From Diplonema japonicum (lineage: Eukaryota; Protista; Euglenozoa: Diplonemea), in assembly GCA_964019335.1 (NCBI GenBank), contig OZ025671.1, positions 372,001 through 436,000 of the forward strand: 64,000 nt of DNA, read 5' to 3'. Shown piece after piece: positions 57,641 through 64,000 of this stretch (position 1 is the stretch's first letter; every line of letters begins with the position of its first letter). Under the pieces are notes generated by a model, which worked only from the letters and a program-made list of their open reading frames with translations, was not told the DNA's origin and ran no database searches. The position numbers and the translations under genes were made by a program.

Positions 57641-58399
57641 TTAGTTACCCCAGTCACCGGCGGCATCGTCACCCCAGTTCTCCACACCAGCGTCCTCGGT
57701 GGCGGTGGTGACGACCTTCTTGTCCTCGATGGCCTTCTCCTCCTCGGCCTCCTTCTTGAGGACATCCTCGGGGTCGCGGTAGAAGAAGAGGTCGACCTTC
57801 ACCTCCCAAGGGACGGTCCTGAGGATGGTGGACCTCATCCTGAGGACCTCCCTGGAGAGCATCCAGTAAAGCATACCGATGGAGAGCTTACCACGGTTGT
57901 TGCAGGGGATCGCGAGGTCGACGTGGGTGAGGGGGGAGTCGGTGTCGCAGAAGGCGATGATGGGGACGTTCACGTAGGCGGACTCCCTGATGGCCTGGTG
58001 GTCGGTACGGGGGTCGGTCACGATGATCAGCCTGGGCTGGGCGAACTTCTCCTGCTTCTGGTTGGTGAAGGACCCGGGGCAGAACCTACCAGCCATCGAG
58101 GTGGCGCCGGTGTTCTGGGCGTACTTCAGGACAGCCCTCTGACCGAAGGGCCTGGCGGAGATCACCACCACGTCGGCGGGGTTCTCGACCGTCACGATCA
58201 TACGGGCAGCCAGCACGAGCTTCTCCCAGGTCATGTGGAGGTTGATGATGTGGATCCCGTCCTTCCTCCTCGCGCTCACGTACCTCTCCATCGAGGCCGT
58301 CAAGTTCTTCGTCCCCATCTGGGCCTTGCATGCAAGGAGCTTCTGGATGTCGTTCTCCTCAGCACGGAGGACGCGCGAGCCGCTGTTGACGCAGGTCAT
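57641..58399 (-). CDS. RPSA: 40S ribosomal protein SA (uS2), copy 2
   Basis: Same 252-aa sequence as copy 1; the true ATG is at 58399. Confidence 0.97.
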   Translation of the reverse strand: MTCVNSGSRVLRAEENDIQKLLACKAQMGTKNLTASMERYVSARRKDGIHIINLHMTWEKLVLAARMIVTVENPADVVVISARPFGQRAVLKYAQNTGATSMAGRFCPGSFTNQKQEKFAQPRLIIVTDPRTDHQAIRESAYVNVPIIAFCDTDSPLTHVDLAIPCNNRGKLSIGMLYWMLSREVLRMRSTILRTVPWEVKVDLFFYRDPEDVLKKEAEEEKAIEDKKVVTTATEDAGVENWGDDAAGDWGN

Positions 58400-58528
58400 T
58401 TTGTTAAGATTTGACTGATGAACAAAAGCTGTGGTGTGTGTGTGTGTATGTGTGCTGATTTCCCCCCCACTCATTTTCACGCAAAAACAGAAATAATTTA
58501 AAAAGATACAATTACAAAAAAGAAAATA

Positions 58529-59044
58529 TTATCTCCATTTCGCTGTCCGTTTTGGGGACGTGTGGGGGACAGGTGGTGTAGCTGCTTCAAGGACGGGGTC
58601 GAGATGATATCCTGTAAGTGAGGTGTAGGCTTTCTTGTCTATCGTCTTCGGGCGAGTTGAGGGAGAGGTACCGTGCTCTAGCTGGAGGAGGCGCGCACGA
58701 GCTGCTGCGAGACGTCGTTGCTGGTCCTCCTTTTCCTTGCTTCTGATGATCCTATGTTGGAACACCTGCTCGTTGGTGATTTTTTTTGTGTCTTCCTTGC
58801 TCTGTTCCATTGCTTCAGACCGCATGCACTTCAAAGCAACCGATCTTTCTGTTCGTGTTGCCCCGATCACGACCTTCTGCTCCACAGCCATTCTTGCGTC
58901 TTCCCCTCGAAGCTGCCTTTTCAACCCCTGGGCCTTTGCTTTTTCCGCTTTTCGCATCGCCGCTTTCATTACCTTCAGCTCCCCCTGCTGCTTCGCCGCT
59001 AAGACCCGTAAGGCGTTCACCTCCCATTTCTCAGGGTCCTCCAT
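58529..59044 (-). CDS. Hypothetical coiled-coil protein
   Basis: 171-aa charged helical ORF preceded by a pyrimidine tract and AG. Confidence 0.6.
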   Translation of the reverse strand: MEDPEKWEVNALRVLAAKQQGELKVMKAAMRKAEKAKAQGLKRQLRGEDARMAVEQKVVIGATRTERSVALKCMRSEAMEQSKEDTKKITNEQVFQHRIIRSKEKEDQQRRLAAARARLLQLEHGTSPSTRPKTIDKKAYTSLTGYHLDPVLEAATPPVPHTSPKRTAKWR

Positions 59045-59418
59045 CTTGCACCTAAAGGGGCAGAGAAATGAAGAAGCGGTTTATGATACGGGGGAAAAAA
59101 AACAATCCGTAGGGACAGGTAAACTACTGAAGAAAGACAGAAGAACTGGAAATATAAGGAAATATAAAAAAAGGGGGGGGGGGGCAATTCCCACTTGAGG
59201 ACCACCCTGGAATAAAGGGCCGGGGAGCAAAAATACATTTTGCGGATTGGTAAATAATCTAACTTAAAAAAAACAAAATTAGAAGGGACGGTGTAAATGG
59301 TTCAGAGTTTAAAAAAAATCAAGGAATTTACGGATTGAAATCAATTCCAGTATAAAGTGTTTAGCAACGACTTAAACAAAAAAAGGGGGGGGGGGGGAGA
59401 AAGTTATTCCAAAAGATC

Positions 59419-62400
59419 TCATTGATCAGGGTTCATCACAATGCAAGTCCCGCGGAGGATCCAGAGATTCGTGTTATTATCTAAGAGATGAAGGTTTAAA
59501 AACAGAACAAAAAAAAAAAAAAAAAAAAAAAAACACACACACACCTGGCGTTCTGAGGTTCGCAGTGAACACATAAGTGTCACCCCGAGAAGTAGTCCTA
59601 TAAGCCGGACACATATACTCATTCTTCCCAAAGACATGGTGGTCTGGAACCGCCCGAACATGGATGACAGGGAGGGGTGGGTGGTGAACCTTTAAAGCAG
59701 GATCTTCAAGAGTTCCCTGTGGCATTTTTTTTTTCTTTTTTTTTTTTTTTAGAAAGAACATACATTAACTGCGTTCCACCCTGCTCCTTCCAAGTATAGA
59801 CCATATATATAGGCACCCTCACGAGGGATGTGGGTGAGGTCTTCTTTTGTCTTATTCTTGACGACGTCGGTAGTCACGACGAGGGAGTCAAGAGGCATGT
59901 TTGTCTTTCTTGCGGTCATCTGTAACACCAAGGTCAAGAAAGCCTCTGGATGGAAGAGCCCTGAGATCCACACGCAGACCGGCAACGTCATGTGCTGCAT
60001 CCATGCGTCAAGGTGCTGGTGCCTCGCTTGGAGATTGTTGTACCACGACGTCAGCGACGAGACAGACGGGTACGCCCACTCCATCCACATGGTCGGCACA
60101 TGGCCTCGTGAAATCTCCTGCAGCATTCCGTCCATTTGTTCGGAGACGGTGATCGTCCCCTTCAGCCCCTGCAGGCAGTCCCACAACCCGATCCTCATCG
60201 GTGTTAAAAGCCTGTTCATACTGTCGATCTCCTGCATCACGAACACGGCCACAGGCGTCAGTGCAGCCACTTGCATATCATTCATGTTGAAGTTCTCCGG
60301 CAGCCTTGCGTACATATCCTCTATCGTCTCCTTCAATTTTTGATCTCTCTTTACAGTATCCCCTTCAACCATCTGCTCGGGTGAGCACAGTAGGCTTAAG
60401 TTCGAAACCATCGACCGCGCCTGCTGTGTAAGGTACCACATCTCTGCATTGGGGTGCATGTGGAGTAGCGCCGGTGACTCGGAGGGGAAATTGTGCTCTA
60501 TAAACTGCCCGTAATGCTGGAATGTCCCGCCTGCCGGGCACACCAGGTCTTGTGCAAGACGTCCGTTCTGTAGGTAAGCATCATTCAGCAATGTCTGGAG
60601 CAGCACGCTAAGCGTGCGTCTGTCCCACTGGTCTGTGATGTGTCCCCCGTACATCACCTCACCGAGGATGTAGCGTATGTCGTCCCAAGGCACGGCTCCG
60701 TTCGACCCCAAGTGGTTGGACAGGATCTGCGACGAGATGAGGAGGTCAGACGTGGAGAAGGCGTACAGCTTGCTCCAGCCGTGCTCCCCGAAACGCTTGC
60801 GGCACACCACCACAGAGTGGAAGTACGCCAGTGCAAAGAGAAGCCTTTTATGCTCATTCTTCTTCAGCGGGTTTTCTGCGGACTCGTTCGCAAAGCACAC
60901 CCATGACCGCTGCATACTCGCATGTAAACTAAACGACGGTTCGTTGGACAGCAGCTTGATCGACTGCTGCACCACACCCTGAGGAAGCTGCATCCGTGGG
61001 TCATCAGAAGGCTCTGCTGTTAAGAAGATCCTCAGGTCTTTGTTTGGTTTGCGCAACGCCTCCTCGAAAACCATTTCGAACTCCGACAGCCAGCTGCCCA
61101 TGAGGTGTATGTTAGTGAGCACAACCCATCCACCATTCTTCGAGCATTCCTCCAAAGCCTCCTTGGCCTCCTCTTCTTGCCCATCGCCCATCGCAACTGT
61201 TCTGAAGTTTCCCGATGATTCAGAAATTGCCAGCTTGTGGGCTATGGCTTCGATTTCCTTCAAGGGATCAGAGCCAGGGAACAGAATGAAGAGCAGGGGT
61301 GTGACAGGGCTCGTTTCGCGAAGCGCTTCATTCACAGACAGCGACGGGGGGCGCGTGAAGGTCACGCCGAGGACCCGCTGCACGAATTTTGAGGCCGCCG
61401 CCTCTAACCTGTCTGGCCGTAACACCTTTATGATAAGCATCTGTTCAAGTGTTCCAAGGTGCCTGGCTTCTCCTGGGAGCCGTTCTTCCTCAGGCTGCTC
61501 CGAGTTGGCCCAATCCTTCCATCTCTTCAACCTTTTTTCGACGTCGCTCGCAAGACCATTGAACCCTGTGACAGTGGACAGATAGCAAAGATTGTCCCAC
61601 TGGTCTTGTGTGAGCCAAGACGTTGTTGGCTGAGCGTGCTTTGCACGAGGTTTTTCCCAAGATAGCAAAAAGCTGAGCTGGTCGGTGGGGAGGAGATTGC
61701 TGTCGCTGAGGATGTTGAAACACAGCAGTAATTCGAATACCATCCGGTGCTTGACCAGTATGCCGCGCTTGACGAACTTCCCAATGGCGAGGGTTACGTT
61801 GTCCACGAGATTCGATATTCTTGCCTCGTACGACTCCTCCGTTTGGAAGGCGTCGTAGTGCTCCATGGTATTGACCTCAATGGCTTTCAAGAACAACAGG
61901 GCAAATGAGTGTAGTGAGTATTGGTACAACCATTCCAGCTTCTCAATGCTCAGGAGAAGGAAGTAGATCATCGACCCCCTCCTGGCCACAGGGCGGTATT
62001 TGTCGCGAGCTTCGTTCAGTTGTGTATCCGTCGTCTTTGCTAGCTGTACCTTCTCATTTAGCTCAACGACGGTAGACTTCATCTCCTCCAAGCTGCTCAC
62101 CAACGAGCTGTCTATAAGCGTGTTCCCTGCCTGGCTTATTTTCTGAATGAGCCCATCTTCTAGTTCCATGATATTGATTTTGTAGCGGTTCATGCAGAAC
62201 AAGATGTCTTGCTTCTTTGCCTCCAACCCTGGTTTTTCTTTGTTCACCACTAGTGCTAAAAGTTGCTCTTCCAAACCTTCTTCCGTTACTGCGAAATTCA
62301 CTGCGCAGACGTCCGACTGCAGCAACGCTCTCGCGACGGGATTCTTCTGCTTGCTGTGCAAAATAAGCCTGAAGTTGCTATGTATTCTCAGAACGTTGTT

Positions 62401-64000
62401 CTTAAACTTCACTTCTTGTCCCGTTGTGGCTCTCAGGAGCAATTTCAGCAGCGGGTGTACTTCGCTAAAGATCTTCTCTACTATGATGGTCGTACCGTTT
62501 GAAGCGGCCGCCTCCAGCTGGTCCTGCAGTTCTCGGCTGTTCTGCCGTGTGAAGACAGCAGGCTTCTTAACCTTAGAAGTAGGTTCAGACAGTTGAACTC
62601 TTTTCTTCTTCGTTTTGTCGGCTTCTTCTATTTCCGGTTTGCTTTCTTTCCTGGAATCGGGGTTGTTCCAGGAGTGCACCCAAGCAAGGCCTTGGTACTG
62701 TGGGTCGAGAAGAAGGCACGGCCTGATGGACCAGTGGCAGATGCAAGCGTTTTGAATAGAAACAGAGTCTCTAGGGAGGCTTTGGTTAAACCATTCTGCG
62801 AGCTGAGCAGGAGTGGAGAGGGTATTCACAGGGTCCATGCCCTCCTCAGTGTGGGGGATTTCAGCTGACACGATCTGGGAGCACCAGCTATCAAGTAGCT
62901 TCTTCCTAGCGTTCACGTCGAAGGGTCCTGCGTAGCACGTCAGCGCGGCTGCAAGCAGGACGTTACCTATCATAGACGTCCTCTTCTCTTCAAGCCCTGT
63001 GACCCCTTCCAGCCATCTGTCTTGTTCGCTTCCCAACGCGCCTACTAAGCGCTGTGACAGCTCCAGTCTGGCACCCATTTCCTGCGCTTGTTGGATGACG
63101 GTGTCTCTGTCCGCTCGTGCCTCTTCCACTGCTGTTTCCAGCTCCCCGAATTTAGAATGCAGCTTCTCCACATGTGCTTTGATCTTCGACACCCTGCTGT
63201 TGGCCTCCTCCAAACGAAGCTTCCCATCCATGACCTGCTGGCGCTTGGGTTGCACGAAGCAGTACACCTCGTAGTACTTCACGATGTTTCTGACCCATTC
63301 ACACAGCCCTGCAGCTGCTTGGCTCTTTGTGCCCACTACTTCTCCTGTGAAGTCAGGGTTGGACAGGTAGGGGCGCAGCTGTGCGATGGACGAATCGGGG
63401 ATGCTCTCCTTTTTGTAGTTGCGTAGTGACGCGAGGAACACATCGACACGCTGCATGAGCTTGTGCGCAGCTTGCCACGACTTGTCCCGCGCACCAGGGG
63501 GTGGGGTGAGCAGAATGATTACACAAGCAAGCACATTCTGCACCTCCATAGGAGGTGACTTGAAAGACTTCAGTTCTATCATGTTCGCCTTGTTGATAGT
63601 GTCCAGGGCACGCTGTGCGCCTTCGATAAGGGGTTCTGCCCTTGCGAGGTCGGTTTGCATCTCAGCGGATTTCTCCGAGACAAGCTTTTGCATTTCCGTG
63701 GCACGACTCTCTTCTGCTGTCGATTTCGAGTTCTCGATGGTAACGACCTGCTTTTCCTGACCTAGTCTGTGGAGCAACTCATCGACTTGTGCTTTTTTGT
63801 CGACCACCTGTTGTTGCTTTTTGGCGAGGACCTCTTGGAGGGTGTAGGTGTCCGTTGTGGCAGTTTTTAGCTTTGCAAGGCCCGCTTCAAGCCTTATCTT
63901 GTTGGAGTCAGCAAGGGCGAGCTTCTCGACTAAGATGTGCCCATAGATGTCGAGGAATGTCATGAAGGCTTTGCAAGTTACTGCCACTTCGTACTTTACG
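59419..64000 (-). CDS. Axonemal dynein heavy chain (outer-arm beta/DNAH9-17-like), 3' part; exons >64000-59764, 59716-59545 and 59480-59419
   Basis: Stalk/MTBD ELKSFKSPP..AAAGLCEWV; NFAVTEEGLEEQLL; YRPVARRGS; MGDGQE..GGWVVLTNIHL; GEVMYGGHITDQWDRR; EGAYIYGLYLEGA. Splicing (59717-59763, 59481-59544) restores YMCPAYRT..WILRG. The frame is open to the window edge. Confidence 0.92.

Noticed and set aside
57614-58414. Long plus-strand ORFs antisense to RPSA and other genes
   Set aside because: Shadow ORFs caused by high third-position GC codon bias.

Overview
Eukaryotic nuclear DNA, most likely a euglenozoan and probably a diplonemid. This is inferred from three things: every recognisable gene is on the minus strand like a polycistronic cluster, the RPSA and LRR proteins look kinetoplastid-like, and yet there are many GT-AG cis-introns. 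About 24 protein genes are supported: Fab1/PIKfyve-like pseudokinase, two secreted Cys-rich paralogues, Cdc123-like ATP-grasp, ZNFX1-like helicase, ankyrin/UBL protein, DnaJ, IP3-receptor-like channel with a degenerate caspase-fold N-terminus (possibly spliced to the upstream LRR gene), SGNH pseudo-hydrolase, spartin/senescence-domain protein, C2H2 protein, Pumilio protein, PPR protein, two identical RPSA copies, a pseudo-adenylate cyclase and the 3' part of an axonemal dynein heavy chain. Sixteen 32-64 nt introns (14 with GTRTG donors, many A-rich with no pyrimidine tract) repair ORFs that look broken in the six-frame track. Spacers are dominated by long A/T/G/C homopolymers. The standout feature is at 20,560-20,954 (-): a degenerate tRNA-like module with Pol III A/B boxes, followed 6 nt later by a complete HDV-like double-pseudoknot self-cleaving ribozyme and a conserved 3' tail. 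A decayed second copy lies at 53,057-53,194. Several other structured non-coding islands are flagged. All calls are by eye; no database searches or folding programs were run.
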